Origin: the human T2T-CHM13v2.0 reference genome, Homo sapiens
Reading direction: 5' to 3' (one strand)
DNA length: 64,000 nucleotides
Assembly: GCF_009914755.1 (NCBI RefSeq)
Contig: NC_060932.1
Numbering within the stretch: position 1 is the stretch's first letter; the number at the start of each line of letters is the position of its first letter. The notes under the pieces are model-generated. The model searched no databases. It was not told where the DNA came from and worked only from the letters and a program-made list of their open reading frames with translations. The translations under genes and the position numbers were made by a program. Positions 1 through 25,778 of this stretch are shown one piece after another.

Positions 1-120
1 AAGAAGAGAAATGATAGGATGTTCACATGTAATTGATTGTAATCACTAAAGGAGAAGCAGAAATAATTGACTTGAACCAAGGAAAAAGTGGCTGTTCTAA
101 ATTTCAGTTAGGAATTAGAA

Positions 121-737
<617 letters not shown>

Positions 738-1941
738 AAATTAGAACAGTTGAACTGGAGATGTTTTGAAATACTCGTCTAATAATGAGTACATTGTTTA
801 CAGTATAATTGGTTTAAACAGCACCGCCACCAATGGTGGGAATAGGTGACCTTGAAGTTTCTTGTGATCCTATCATAGGCTGTCTCAGAGTCAGTAACAC
901 TTGACTTAGTATAATTTCATGCACACAGCTCCCTCTTCACATACTAAAGCCACCAGTCTTTCCAGATAGCATCGGTCTGTGCTGACATCTCTCCATCCAT
1001 CCCCTTTTCTTCCCCCAAGGTGTGAGTACACAATCTACAACACACAGTGTATAGCAGGTGTGGGCTCCTGCACCCTTTGTGGCCTCCCCTGCTCTCTGAG
1101 AGTTTGCTCTCCTTTATAAACCTTGTTCTTTTTTTCTCTTCTTCCACCTCTTGCATTAAGAAAAGTTCTGTCTTTTCTCTATCCCACTCTCTTCATGTTG
1201 GTCTTAAGCAAAATGGATACTAATCATGGTAATACATTTAAGAGCAGGCCTTTAAGAAGGAAAAGGAAAGCTTTTAGTTTGGGAAGAAACATAGACATTA
1301 TAAAGAACTAGTGGTTTCAACCTTTGAAGCCCTTGAGAATACCTAGTAATTCCTTTCAAAATATCCACAGAAGTCCACACCCACCTCCTCTTCTCTAAAT
1401 AAGCTCTTTTTCCTTAAGCATTGGCATGAACTATAAAATTTAAAGCTATTTATAATTTTTTTTTTTTTGCTCATGTCATTGCAACAGCATTGTTTTGTGC
1501 TATTTTTTTTTCCCAGTTAAAGATGACAGTCATGTTATGGGTTGAATAGAATGTTTTGGTCTTGAAAGCTAACTCTCAGATATGACCACTGTTCCTTTTA
1601 GAAAATATATGCAAAGTTCTATCAGGCTTTAAAATAACCTTTTTGTTTTCAAGTAAGTTAAAGACTAAGAAGGGTATCTTGGGCCAAAGGTTAGCAATCT
1701 TTGAGAAGTGGTATGTCAGGATTCCCAACCACTTCCTTCCAGATTTGTATCAGTAGAGATATACACTGGTGAAAGCTTGGATCAGATCCTTGGGACTTAC
1801 AGAAGAAGCAATACTGGTTCAGGAATGCTAGGTCCCTGCTGGAGACTCTTACAAGAGTTAGGGATAGAGGATCAGGCCCTGGAAACTGACTGCATACCAA
1901 CTTCAGCTTGCCTGTAAAGGTGCGTGGGCCAGATGGTATAG

Positions 1942-2341
<400 letters not shown>

Positions 2342-2443
2342 TCTGCAAAGATGTTTTTATTCAGCCTCCCAACAACATGGTGCTAAAATTGATGATGGCT
2401 TAGACGCGAAAGTGCTATATCATTTACCTATTTAAACTGGTAC

Positions 2444-2819
2444 TGTATTAGGTCGTTCTTGCATTGCTATAAAAAAATACCTGAGACTGAGTAATTTATA
2501 AGAAAAGAGGTTTAATTGGCCCATGGTTCTGCAGGCTGTACAGGAAGCATCTGCTTCTGGGGAGGCCCCAGGAAGCTTGCAATCATTGCAGAACATGAAG
2601 GGGGAATAGGGACATCACGTGGCGAAAACAGGAGCAAGAGCAAGAGTGGTGAGGTGAAGGTGCCACACACTTTTAAATAATTCACTGTGGTGAAGACAGC
2701 ACCAAGCCATGAGGGATCTGCCCCATGATCCAAACACCTTTCACCAGACTCCATCTCCACCATTGGAGATTACAGTTCAACATGAGATTTGGGCAGAAAC
2801 AAATATCCAAACTATATCA
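2444..2819 (-). mobile_element. MaLR (MST-family) solo LTR
   Basis: TG...CA ends, MST-type sequence (ATACCTGAGACTGAGTAATTTATAAGAAAAGAGGTTTAATTGG), 5-bp TSD GGTAC at 2439-2443 and 2820-2824. Confidence 0.9.
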
Positions 2820-2857
2820 GGTACCATTGTTAATAAACATTCAGAAGTAAGATTTTG

Positions 2858-2860
<3 letters not shown>

Positions 2861-2923
<63 letters not shown>
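2861..2923. repeat. (AT)n microsatellite plus polyT (Alu tail-associated)
   Basis: About 20 AT units followed by a T run. Confidence 0.95.
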
Positions 2924-3527
<604 letters not shown>

Positions 3528-4064
3528 TAAAAATAGCTCTCATGTTTTGTAATTCTACATGTCTGTAGTTGTACACAGTTGACAATTTAGTCCATTCTGA
3601 CACAAGTACCTTTCTCTCATTTCTAATTGATCTCTTTTTATCCCCCTCTCTCTTCTCACCAATATTTGGTTTAATTTTTTGTGTATCTGTAAGGAGATTT
3701 TTTTACTGATGAAAGACAAGATAGTCCAATGTTTTAGCAGAGAAAAGTTTTTAAGATTTATTAGACTGCACCCCCTTTTCCCTTTGAACTTTGTCTTCCC
3801 TTTATATTTCTATTATTTCTGACTTTTGCTAACATTAACATAATTTATTTCTAGTCTTCCTTTTAATTTTTTTATTAGGACTACAGGCTCATGCCACCAT
3901 GCCCAGCTATTTTTAAATATTTTTTCTAGAGACAGGGTCTAGTGAGGATCCTGTTGCCCAGGCTAGTCTCAAACTCCTGGCCTCAAGCTATCCTCCTGCC
4001 TCAGCTTCCCAAAACACTGGGATTACAGGCGTGAGCCTCCATACCCAGCCTATTTCTCCTTTTA

Positions 4065-5186
<1,122 letters not shown>

Positions 5187-6396
5187 ACAGTGTTTATCTC
5201 TTTGGGGTAGGGGATGAGAACTGGGTGGATAGGGATGGGTGGGAAGCCGACTTCTCACTATTTTTTTTTTTAACCCTGTGAATATGTAACCCATTGTTAA
5301 AATAATGTTTAAAATCATGTCCCGGAGTTTCCTGACTTAAAAAATAGATCTATATATATCTAGCGTTCTTTTTCCATATAAAGTCATTAGTAAAGTTGTG
5401 TTTTAATTTTTTTTTTTTAAGAATGCATGTATAGTCTAGTCTCAAAGGACCAGTAGTAATTTGCAGGTGCCTTGCCATGGCTTTGTTCTCCTTCAGCACT
5501 CTCAAATGCTGTGACTAAGATTCATTATGAAGCCTTCCATTAGGAAATTCTCATACTGCAAATACAGCCAAACCTTAAATTATTGCTGGCTTATTGGAAG
5601 AACCATTTAATTGAAGTTATCTGCGGTATTTTGCCAACTGGATACTCAGTTGTTTCCTAATAAAAACTCTTAGATAATACCATTGCAATTACTGCAACAT
5701 CAGTTTATCTTCTCCCCATGATATCTTGTATCTTATCATCATGGTTATAATTTACCTACTTAAGATGATATGAGTTTGGTGCTTTTAGAAAATAAAGGTT
5801 GGTTTACTTTTAGTATTTAGATAATTGCGCCCTTTTCAAGTTGTACACGCTAAGCCAAATATTTTCTTTCATCAGGATTTTTGTAGTTTTTATCATGTAT
5901 GACCTGTATTTTACCTCTCAGAGAACAAAGAAAAAGACACTAATATTTATTGAGTTTCTTCCGTATGCTGGGTGCTTTAGAGACATTATTTTCTTAAATA
6001 CTCATAATAACGCTGTGGGATGGGTAGGTCGTTTTATTTTGTAGATGAGTCACTTGAGCATAGTGAGGTTTCCAAGGTTGCTGTTTGTGGCAACACGAGG
6101 CAGAGCTGACCTGAATAGGTCTCTCTGGCTTTACCATGAGGTTCCCCGGTGTTAACTGATAAGGGGGTAAAAGCTGACTCCTCTCAAAGCCCCTCATCCG
6201 AAAGAACAGGCAGAATTTATTAACAAATAACCCATAGTACCATCTGCTGATGAGGCAGTGGTTAAATGAGCTTGAAAATGGGCTTTCATTTTTACTTTAT
6301 CATTGTGAAATCATATTAATGTTTTAATCTAGAAACTTGTGCCAGATTTCAAGAAGAAAGCTGATTAAAATGTTTTAAATATGTATTTTATACCTA

Positions 6397-6597
<201 letters not shown>

Positions 6598-7003
6598 TTA
6601 AAAGCTGATTGTGTTAAATCCTGAACCTATAGAATTTGAATATCTTATGCTGTTATCTGCAGAACTGTCAAACTCTTGCTATTAGTAACCAATGTCCAGT
6701 GAACTTTACCAGTGATAACAAGTACTGTTGTCATATTCTAAAACCTAACAATGATAACCAGTACCACTTATATTAATCCATGGAAATAGAGCAATAATTT
6801 TGTTGATTTTTGTTGCATGTTAGCTAAGTTCCTATTAACCAAGTAAAGATGATAGAACATGTTAGATCTGAATTCCTTTTTGTTTTTTTTGAGACAGGGT
6901 CTTCCTCTGTTGCCCAGGATGGAGTGCAGTGGTTCAATCTCAGCTCACTGCAGCCTCGATCTCCTAGGCTCAAGTGACCCTCCCACCTAAGCCTCCGGAG
7001 TAG

Positions 7004-7617
<614 letters not shown>

Positions 7618-7756
7618 GATGGTGAGAAAGACGCTGAGAAAATTCAAATGACTGGAAAAGTTTAAAAAGAAGTAAAAAGTCACAAATAGTAAATGGAGAA
7701 GACAGAATAAACCCACAGCATACACTAGAGTAATTTACACTTAACACTTAAAAATA

Positions 7757-11130
<3,374 letters not shown>

Positions 11131-11224
11131 ACTTTTCAAAGCACTATTTTAATGTTTCATATTAGAATAAATATGAAAATTCGTTACCAAGATAAAAGGC
11201 TCAAATGGAAACGTGTTATTTTAG

Positions 11225-11604
<380 letters not shown>

Positions 11605-12414
11605 GGGTATTAACATTTAAATGTAACTTATGTTTAGTGGTATTTTCTCAAGTCTGTGATTCTTTTGTGTCTGTGTATTAGGATTTACTAGTAGAATGTG
11701 CTGGAATATTTTTTTCAAACATTATTGCCACCCATCTCAAACTAGCATTCATATTTTGAGAACCTTATTTATTAGGAATTAAAAGTTTACTTGCTAACAT
11801 GGTTGAGAGGACATCTCAAAAAAAATGTGACAGAATGTGCTCCATCTTCACGACAATTAGAAAAGGTAAACAGTTAAATTTTCTTGTTTTTCATTGGAAC
11901 AGTATTTAATTTGCACCTACAAGAATTATATGAAATAGACATGTCAAAATTTGCAGTGGTAGAAAGGCCATGTGAGATCTAGTTGGTGGAGGCAATTAAA
12001 AATGTTTCAACATATAAACACCGGTAAATTCTTTTCCTCAACTAAAAATATTTGGACATTTTAGTGCCATCAACCATGAGTTTGTGAAAATGATATAATT
12101 TAACTTTGCTTAGCTGGGCATGCTGGTGTGTACCTGTAATCTCAGCTACTTGGGAGGCTGAAGCAGGAGAATCACTTGAACCCAGGAGGCAGAGGTTGCA
12201 GTGTGCCAAGATTGTGCCACTCCACTCCAGCCTGGGTGACAGTACGAGACTCTGTCTCCAAAAAAAAAAAAAAAATTTAACTTTGCCTTGTAGCACATAT
12301 AAAAATTATTTTGTATTTTAAAAATAAATTGTTGTCTGGGCACGGTGGCTCATGCCTGTGTTCCCAGCACTTCGGGAGGCCGAGGTGGGTGGATCACCTG
12401 AGGTCAGGAGTTCA

Positions 12415-12704
<290 letters not shown>

Positions 12705-14357
12705 TTAGAGTGATCTCTTATTTAATTAATCCTATTGTATAATAATGACCATATTGGAAGGCCATTCAGCCTAGGCTGGTAGAGGGTATCAGTCAGAATG
12801 CAGAGGAAAAATTCTACGAAGTGTGCATGGTACATATAGCCAGAAAAGCCGAATCATTTCGGTATTATTGGAGGGGATAGCAATTCAGGAGAAAGTATAG
12901 ATTGGATAACAAACAGAAGAATCCAGCAAGAATGTGATAGTGGGAAAAAGTATAGAAGTGGATGAAGGAGGAGGAAGCTGCAGTAGGCTTTGCAGGTCTT
13001 GGCAAAGAGGCTGGTGCCCAGAAATGCATTCCTAGGCCTTCTAAATCTATTTCTACTTCTGGGAGGGAAATTTCTGAGAATGAAGTGTTGTTGAAATACA
13101 TCTTCTTCAGTAGTATAGTTATTATTGTAATTGAATTATCTCTTTCCATTTTGATCATGTGGCAGTCACCCCTGTTAGCAACACTGAATGTCCAAAGGAG
13201 TAAATGTGATTGTTTTAGTAAGTCTTTTCTAATCCTGTGAAACGATTTAGGAAAGAAATAATGGGTGTAAAAATGCTTGACATAATGAAGGGCACAAAGT
13301 AGCCATTTGATAAATAAATGTTGGCTGATATTAATCTGTTCATCATATTTAATAGCTGTAGGGAATCTGGAAGGCTTGGGTTCTACCATTAGATTCACTA
13401 ATTTCAGTAACTCTTAGTAAGTGATTTTATTTTCTTAGATTTTAAATTACTCAAAGTTCCTTCTACCTCTAAAATTCTATGGTTCTATTAAACTCATGTA
13501 GAAAAAAACTTTAAAGATTATTATTTTAATAGAGGTGGAAGTTTTTGTTCCCAACTTTTTCAATTTTAACTAGGGTACACTGCATGAATAAGATTCTTTA
13601 TAGCATTATCTAAATCCAAGCACTGATTTATTTGAAAACAAAGGGTTTCTTTGCAGTGTCATTTAGCTTGGCATTGCTATGAATCCAAGAATTATTCTAC
13701 ATGAACCAGAGAACAGTAATGCAGTTGTACTTAAATTTAGAGTTCCACACAGCCATTCACCAGGGATGAATTGAGGTGAACAAGTACATCTAATTTAATT
13801 TGCAAAAGTTCTAAAATGTACTGATGGATTTGTTGCAGGAATCACAGTGAAAAGCAGTTTGGAAATGTGGCTCAGATCATGCAAAGCTGTTGGAGAAACT
13901 ATCGCTGCTTTTTGTTGTATTACTTTCTGGATCTGTGTGATTTCTGGTAAAAATTGATAGTAACATAAATTTATTAATGCTTTTTTTTCTTTTTCTTTCT
14001 TTTTTTTTTTTTTTTTTTTTACCATTTTGAAATGATGTATGGTGTGATTGTTAGAGATGGATCAGCATGATTGGTCATCTTGGTTTTTAAAGGAAGCCAG
14101 TGCTTGGCTTCAAATAATGCTATGTGGAATTTTATTTATGTGGTATACCTTGCTTAAAAATTGTAAAAATTGTTAAAATTGTGAAAACCAAAATAAATTT
14201 TCTTTCCACTTCTATTAAAATTTTCTTTCCAACTCTTTACACATTCATTTGAGGTTTCCTGGGAAAAGTAGGAGGCAAACCATCCAAAGGTACTGTGGGT
14301 TTTCTAAAAAAATTTTAAATTCTTGCTATTAAAGTTCGTTTATCATAATTCTATACA

Positions 14358-14990
14358 CAGTACTCCCCCTTATCCATAGTGTTGCTTTCTGCAGTTCAGT
14401 TACTGGAGGTCAACTGTTGTCAAAAGTAGGTGCAGGGCCAGGCATAGTGGCTCACACCTGTAATCCCAGCACTTTGGGAGGCTGAGGTGGGCAGATCACT
14501 TGAGGTCAGGAGTTCGGGACCATCCTGGCCAACATGGTGAAATCCTGTCTTTACTAAAAATGTAAAAATTAGCTGGGCGTGGTGGCGCACACCTGTAATC
14601 CCAGCTACTCAGGAGGCTGAGGCAGGAGAATCGCTTGAACCCAGGAGGTGGAGGTTGCAGTGAGCCGAGACTGTCATTGCACTCCAGCCTGGGCAGCAGA
14701 GCAAGGCTCCATCTCAAAAAAAAAAAAAAAAGTAGATATGTACAGTACAATAAGATGTTTTGAAAGAGACCACATTCACATAACTTTTTTTACTGTATGA
14801 TGTTATAATTTTTCTCTTTATTATCAGTTATTGTTAATCTTTTACTGTGCCAGATTTATAAATTAAACTTTATCCATAGGTATGTATATATAGGAAAAAA
14901 CATAGTCTATGTAGGGTTTGGTACTATCTGTGGTTTCAGGCATCCACTGGCGATCTTGGAATGTATCCTGAGGATAAGTGGCCAATAGTG
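14358..14990. mobile_element. MER44/Tigger7-like DNA transposon interrupted by AluS (14436-14731)
   Basis: CAGTACTCCCCCTTATCC 5' end; ...GGCATCCACTGGCGATCTTGGAATGTATCCTGAGGATAAG 3' end. Confidence 0.7.
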
Positions 14991-15979
14991 TAGACTGTTG
15001 ATATGTATAGTTCAGTTTTAAAAGGAAGGAAAAGTGGAAAACAAGTTGCAAAACACAAAATTAGGTAGTGAATTGTGGTTACGAATCATTATTGTTGATT
15101 GTGTAAGTTTGTACAGAAGTAGAAGAATCTATCAGGCGTATAGCTCTCTTAAAATGACAGATTTCCCAAATCCTTAATGAAAAGGATGTTGTATATATTT
15201 AGCGGAAGTCTCTTCTCATGCGCTTTTAATGGTTAAATTATAAAGCTTGGGTCCCCTGGAGAAGGTTTCTGGGTAAGTGATTGTGCTGAGCCTATGTATC
15301 TGTTGGGCAATTCTGTACTACCCTATGTGGCATTTGCCCCTAAGCCTTTCTAGGACCTACCAGATATAGCCCTTTTTTAATAGACAGTATTAAATAGAGT
15401 TTCAGACTTATTTTTATAGATGAAAAAGCAAGAAGCACTTTCCCATTTCACCTGAGGTAGTTAGCTACAGACTTGACATTTTCACATTAAAAAGCCATTT
15501 TTTTCAAATGTCATTGAATTGTGTTTTCTTATTTTCTTTTTTTTCTTAACCCTTCAGAATTACATCCAAAATATCATTAAATTTTACTTCTCAGGTTTCA
15601 ATTTAGATGTTTCTTTCTGTGATTAAAGAATGATGAATCTTTGAACAGTGGCACTCAATAGATCTATCCAAATGTTGGTGTAATAATATGAAAAACAGAA
15701 TACTGTCTTTAAAATTTACATGTTATAAGATGGTAACAAATGGAATGAACGTCATTGATGCAGCCATTGTTATGTGTAGAAGTAGCAAGTTGGCTTCAGT
15801 GACTCATTATCTATTTTTAGCTGCTGTGGGGGATTATATTTAACAGTAGTTAAGAATGGGGGCTGTGGACTTACCCAGATTATAGGTCGAATGGTGGTTC
15901 ATCTATCATGAGTTTCTTCAACTATAGAATAGGCATAGTAATGTGACATACCTCACAGGATTGTTATTAAGCTTAGAAT

Positions 15980-16190
15980 ACAGTTGGCCCTCTATATCTG
16001 AGGATTCTGCATATGCAGATTAAAAATATTTTTAAAAATTAATATAACAATAAAAATAATACAAATAAATGTAGTACAGCAATTACTTACATAACATATA
16101 CATTGTATTAGGTATTTTAAGTCATCTAGATATGATTTAAAGTATACAGGAGGATGTGCATAGGTTATATGCAAATACTGTTTTATTTTT
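15980..16190. mobile_element. MER2 (Tigger-family) fragment
   Basis: CAGTTGGCCCTC start; GATTTAAAGTATACAGGAGGATGTGCATAGGTTATATGCAAATACT motif. Confidence 0.7.
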
Positions 16191-16241
16191 GTAACAAAGT
16201 TGGTGCTCAATAAATGTCAGTAATTAATAATATATATATAT

Positions 16242-16850
<609 letters not shown>

Positions 16851-17000
16851 TAATATTCCTTTTTTTTTTTTTTACAGGCGTGAGCCACCACACCTGGCCC
16901 GATATTCTTAATAGATAAAATTTTATTGCCTTGACTTTGTTTCTCTGTTAATTACTTCAAAGGAAGATATGTAACACAACTTTTTCTTCATTAAAGCCTA

Positions 17001-17123
<123 letters not shown>

Positions 17124-17441
17124 TTAAAAAAAAAAAAATTCTGAGAAGCAATAAGGAAGAGTTCTGGATAATAGCAGAGGAAAATTCTTTAAAGATGACT
17201 CCTGATATTAGGTGATAAGCCCATTCCCCCAACATTGAACCTCAGGTATCTGACTTTAGCCTATTGCCCTTTCTTTGGCCTACACTAGCTCTCTTTGAAT
17301 GATTAAGGCTACTCTTCAGGCTGTATTATATGCATCTTGTGTGGATTAGCAGATGCATGGCTCCTACCCGGACCCAGACCCCTTTATCTTTTTTTTTTTT
17401 TTTTTTGACAGAGTCTCGCTCTGTTGCCCAGGCTGGAGTGA

Positions 17442-17741
<300 letters not shown>

Positions 17742-18249
17742 TAGCTACCTTAATATAGTTCTACCCTGCAGGTAGTTCAAATTCAACATTTATAAAACAA
17801 AATATATTGTCTCTACTATTCTCCTGATGTCCCACCCCCACATTTTCACCAATTTCATTTTCCTTTTACTGTCCCTCTTCAATTTATGGTCTCATCATCC
17901 ACCCAGAAACCTGAGAGGCATTCTAGACTTCTTGGTCTCCTTTACTGCCTGTATTTCATCATTTACAAAGCTCTCTTGATTTTACTTGGTAAATATTTCT
18001 CAAGTCTATCCCATCTGTACCATTTCTACCATAGTATTTTGAAACCCTCATGATGTTCTGCTTCTTTCAGTGGCCCCCTCTTAAATGATATCTCTATACT
18101 TAATTGTGACACCCCCCATTCTCCATATTGCTTTAAAAGTGCTCTAAAGTGCAGATGTGACCGTTGTCATTCCTATGCATAAATACCATCTTCATTTCCT
18201 GCAAGATCAAGTCCAAGGTCCTTAGCATGGCTCGTTAGCCACATTGTGA

Positions 18250-18606
<357 letters not shown>

Positions 18607-18836
18607 TAGCCAGGATGGTCTCAATCTTCTGGCCTCGTGATCTGCCTGCCTTGGCCTCCCACAGTGCTGGGATTACAGGCGTGAGTCACTGCGCCCAGCC
18701 TAGAGTCACTTTCTTTAGGACATCTTTCCTGTAACCATTTTTACCCTTCATACGCTGCCTCCCAAAACTGAAATGCTTGCCTTTCCCCTGTGTTCCCACT
18801 GTCCCACCTCTGGATACATCTATCTTAACAGATTAC

Positions 18837-19877
<1,041 letters not shown>

Positions 19878-20382
19878 CACATTTTTGTACCAGAATTATC
19901 TCTTCCAGATTTCATTCTCTGTACTTCTGTAGTCCATAAGGAAGTCTGCAACTCCCTAAGACACATTCAGCAGGCTTCAGCTCATCTCTAGAGGTGGGAG
20001 TCATAGTTGTCATTAAAATTACTTATTGATACAGAAACATTAACAAATTTAAAAAAGAATAAGAAAAATGTGATTTGGTTCTATGAAAATAATGTTAAGT
20101 TCCATCATTTTATATGGTTTCTTTCTCATTTGTACTTAAGCATCATTGACTTCCTTTACTATACCAGACACATTAATGTAGCTTGAGTCTCAGCAATTTT
20201 TATCCATTTCATTATATGTCAGCTTATAGTTTATGATTTTTTATTATAATATAGTGCAGTTCATGGAACATAGTAACACCTCAAATATATTTGTTGAGCT
20301 AATGAATACTAAGCTCTGTTCATGCAAACTCAGCCTTTGTGCTTGATTGCTCATCTTAGTATGGTCATCTGCTCACACCTTA

Positions 20383-20702
<320 letters not shown>

Positions 20703-21088
20703 GTAGGCTGAAGAACAATGGAGGAAAAAATTTCCCCCATTCCATCCTGCATACCAGAAGAGACTAATCTTCTTAAAGCCCTGTTTTAATTGCATGCCTA
20801 CCTTTCTTAACCCACAATAGCTCTTTATTAGTTCAAGTCTAAACTCCTAACCTTGCCTTACTTGTTTAACTTAATTTTGGGTAGACTTTCTACAGAGTAA
20901 GTCTGGACAGTTTGATCAGTTTACTTAATAGGCAGAGTAGGCAGGGAGTACAAATTGGTTGCTCTTTCTTAGAGCAGATTTTGACTTTTCAAGTCTAAGC
21001 TTTAGTCTCAGAGTATAGACTTTAAAATTATATGTTGGGGCCAGGCACGGTGGCTCACGCCTGTAATTGCAACACTTTGGGAGGCCTA

Positions 21089-21481
<393 letters not shown>

Positions 21482-22264
21482 TCAAAAAAATAAGAAAAAA
21501 AGAAAATTATATGTTGGTGCACTAAACAAAAGCTTTGTATTCACCAAATATTTATTGAGTGTCCCCCAAGGGATAGGCACAGTACCAGTAGATGGGGCTT
21601 TGGTAATAATCAAGATCAACATAGCCTCTGTCCTCAAGGAAGTTACGGTCTAATTGTACAGGTAAATAAACAATTATAATCTAAGGTAAAAGGTGCTAGG
21701 ATGGGGGCAGTGCCCCAGGGCCCCTTAGCAAGGGCATCTGATCTAGCTTTGGGATCAGGTTTCTCAAACACAGTGACGTCTAGTTTGATGTCAGTCCTTG
21801 GGAAGTACATTACAAGTCAAAGGAACATCAAGTACAAAAGCCTAGTGGGAAAAGAGCCCCAGATGCTTAAAAAAGTGGGCAAAGTTTCTTAAGGCTGAAT
21901 CTTAGGTACAAAGAGCTATCTGTATTACTGTAATAGATCATGAAATGAAAGAAAGGATATCTCTTTTTCATATCAGAGACTTGCTTGCTCTTTTCCTCAG
22001 GGCCTAAACTGTTCAAATCATTTTTTTTATGAAGGTTTAGGAGAAAAAAAATCAAAATGAATAAAATGAACTTCATTTGGTTCACTGAACACCTATCTTC
22101 ATTTCTAGTCACATGTTATATATTTCTCCATTAATTTTTTGTCTGTTTGTTTTTTAGAGACAGGGTCTCACTCTGTTGCACAGGCTGGAGTGCAGTGGCA
22201 TGGTCATGGCTCACTGTGCCCCAAACTCTTGGCCCCAAGGGATCCTCCCACCTCACCCTCCTGA

Positions 22265-22498
<234 letters not shown>

Positions 22499-24240
22499 TG
22501 ATGTAGACATCACTGCAGTTTGCTGGCATACCACTGCCCCACATTTTTTGTATCTCCATTGCTGTTGGAGTAAGATCAGACTCAGCATATTGGTCAAGTC
22601 TATGACCTTTCATGGTTAGTCTCCAATCATGCCTTTCTGTCTCCATTTTCCACTCCTCTCCTTCATTCAGACTTGCCATTTTCTCTGCTATGCCTTTAGC
22701 GCACACTTTGTTTTCCTGCTTTTGAGCCTTTACTTACCTTCCTTTCACCTGTAACAGCCTTTTTCCCATTCACTGCCTGTCAGTCTGTAATTCTATTAAG
22801 TCTGTAATTTTCTTGCCATCCTCCCTGCCTCCACCAATTCTCTACTCCAGAAGTGTTTTATTTTTTCTTTTTAATAGAAGAGACCATAGTTTTTTGCAGT
22901 GTTTTTAAAACTGTGGGTTGCAACCCATTAGTGACTCATGAAGTCAATTTAGTGGGTTGTTAGCAGCATTTAAAAGCCTGGAATAAAAGAAACTTGAAAA
23001 TATCAAAATGTATATAAAAAAGAGATAATATTGTTTCATGGCACTTTTGTTGCACTTCTGGCTCACCATGTAAAATGCTTCTGGCTTATAATGTAAAATG
23101 TATTTCATACTGTGGGTCTTGGTCAAATAATTTGAAAAGTACCAGTCCATATCCTATCTATGGATTAGCTCTGCAATTACGTTATATATTACTTAAGGAC
23201 AGGGACTTCTCACTCAGGCTGTAAATATTCCACCCTCCCCACTTCATATAGTAACTAGGGTGCTCCTTTGTCCACTATGTTCATTGTTAAGTGCTAATGT
23301 TATTTTTGTTTTTGTTTGAGATGGAGTTTTGCTCTTTTTGCCCAGGCAATGGCGTGATCTCAGCTCACTGCAACTTCTGCCTCCCAGGTTCAAATGATTC
23401 TCCTGCCTCAGCCTGCTGAGTAGCTGGGATTACAGGCAAGTGCCACCATGCCCAGCTAATTTTTGTGTTTTTAGTAGATACAGGGTTTCACCCTATTGGC
23501 CAGGCTGGTCTCGAACTCCGGATCTCACTCACCTCGGCCTCCCAAAGTGCTGAGATTACAGGCGTGAGCTACCGCTCCGAGAGCTAATTTTTTTTGTACT
23601 TGTCTCTAATTCTTCCTAAGCCCTGTAGCAGCCTTGCCATACAATTTTCCACAGTCAAATCTAGCAGACTGGAATCTTTCAGCTCCATTTCCCTGCTGGA
23701 ACCTTCCTCCAGGAGTCCTCTGTCCTTTTGTTCCAATCTGGGATGCTGCTGCACAGTTGTCATCCTGGAAATGCTCTTTGCCTCTTACCTGGGCTGGATC
23801 CTTTGCTGCTTCTTTTTTTGGCTTATTCTGTACTTGTGGTAGATCACATAGTCTAATAGCTTACTGAGACAGCGTGCATGGGAGGTAATTTTTTTAACCT
23901 TATACTATTTGAAAGTATCTGTAGTCTCCCTTCACAATTGACCGATAGTTTGGCTGGTTATAGAACTCTGGCTGAAAATTGTTTTCCTTTAGACTTTTAG
24001 AGGCATTGCTCCCTTGTCTTCTAGTTTCCACTGTTGCTGTTAAAAGGCCATGCCATTCTTATTCCTGAACTTTTGTATGTGACCTGTTGCTGCCTCTCTG
24101 GAAGCTTCTAATATCTTCTTTTTTATATATTTTATTTTTCTATTGTGCTGTGTACTCAATGGACCTTTTAAATCTGGAATTTCTTGGGAAATTTCTTATT
24201 ATTTCTGTTATTTGGTGAAATTATCAAATATATATGCATA

Positions 24241-24242
24241 TA

Positions 24243-24313
<71 letters not shown>
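24241..24313. repeat. (TG)n(TA)n(T)n compound microsatellite at an antisense Alu tail
   Basis: Seen directly. Confidence 0.95.
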
Positions 24314-24316
<3 letters not shown>

Positions 24317-25151
24317 TGGAGTCTCACTCTGTTGCAAAGGCTGGAGCTCACTGCAACCTCTGCCTCCCGGGTTCAAGCAATTCTTCTGCCTCAGCCTCCC
24401 AAGCAGCTGGGATTATAGGCATGCCACTATGCCTGACTAATTTTTGTTATTTTAGTGGAGATGGGGTTTCACCATGTTGGCCAGGCTGGTCTTGTACCCC
24501 TGACCTTAAATGATCCACCCGCCTTGGCCTCGCAGTGTGCTGGGATTACAGGCATGAGCCACCATGCCTAGCCTTTTTTTTTTTTCTAGATTTTTGATTA
24601 GTTGTGTGTGGGACCTTTTGGATTGGTCCTTCAATTTTCTTAGTTTTTTTCCTCTTGCCAACCTTGGCATTTTTTGTCTGTTTTCTGTAAGTCTTTGTCA
24701 ATTTTACTTGCCAACATTACTATTGAAGTTTTTGTTCTAACTGTAATTTTTAGTTTCTAAGAAGTCTTTCTTGTTCTCTGTGCTTTTTTAGTCTTTTATT
24801 TTTTTAAAGTTTCTTGTTCGTGTTTCATACATATACCTTCTATCTCTATGAAAATTGGTTTTTCTTTTAATAGACAAAACCCATTTGTCTATTCCTAGCA
24901 TTCTATTTCCTGATTTTATTTATTCTAGTTTTTTTGTTTCATTGTTTTGTTTGTTTGTTTTCACTTTGATCCTTTATGTTAGAGGTTTTCCTCAAGTGCC
25001 TGATGATTATTTAGGAATGAGACATTAAAAGAATATGTTAGAAACTGAGTAAAAGTTGGCCAGGCACAGTGGCTCACACCTGTAATCCCAGCACTTTGGG
25101 AGGCTGAGGCAGGTGGATCACGAGGTCAGGAGATCGAGACCATCCTGGCTA

Positions 25152-25778
<627 letters not shown>

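Noticed and set aside
12865-13398. 177-aa minus-strand ORF
   Set aside because: Non-ATG start in the track, composition typical of AT-rich noncoding DNA, no recognisable domain.
22592-22607. GGTCA-n6-TGACC as an estrogen response element
   Set aside because: An ERE needs a 3-nt spacer; no perfect ERE or ARE/GRE palindrome was spotted by eye in the window.
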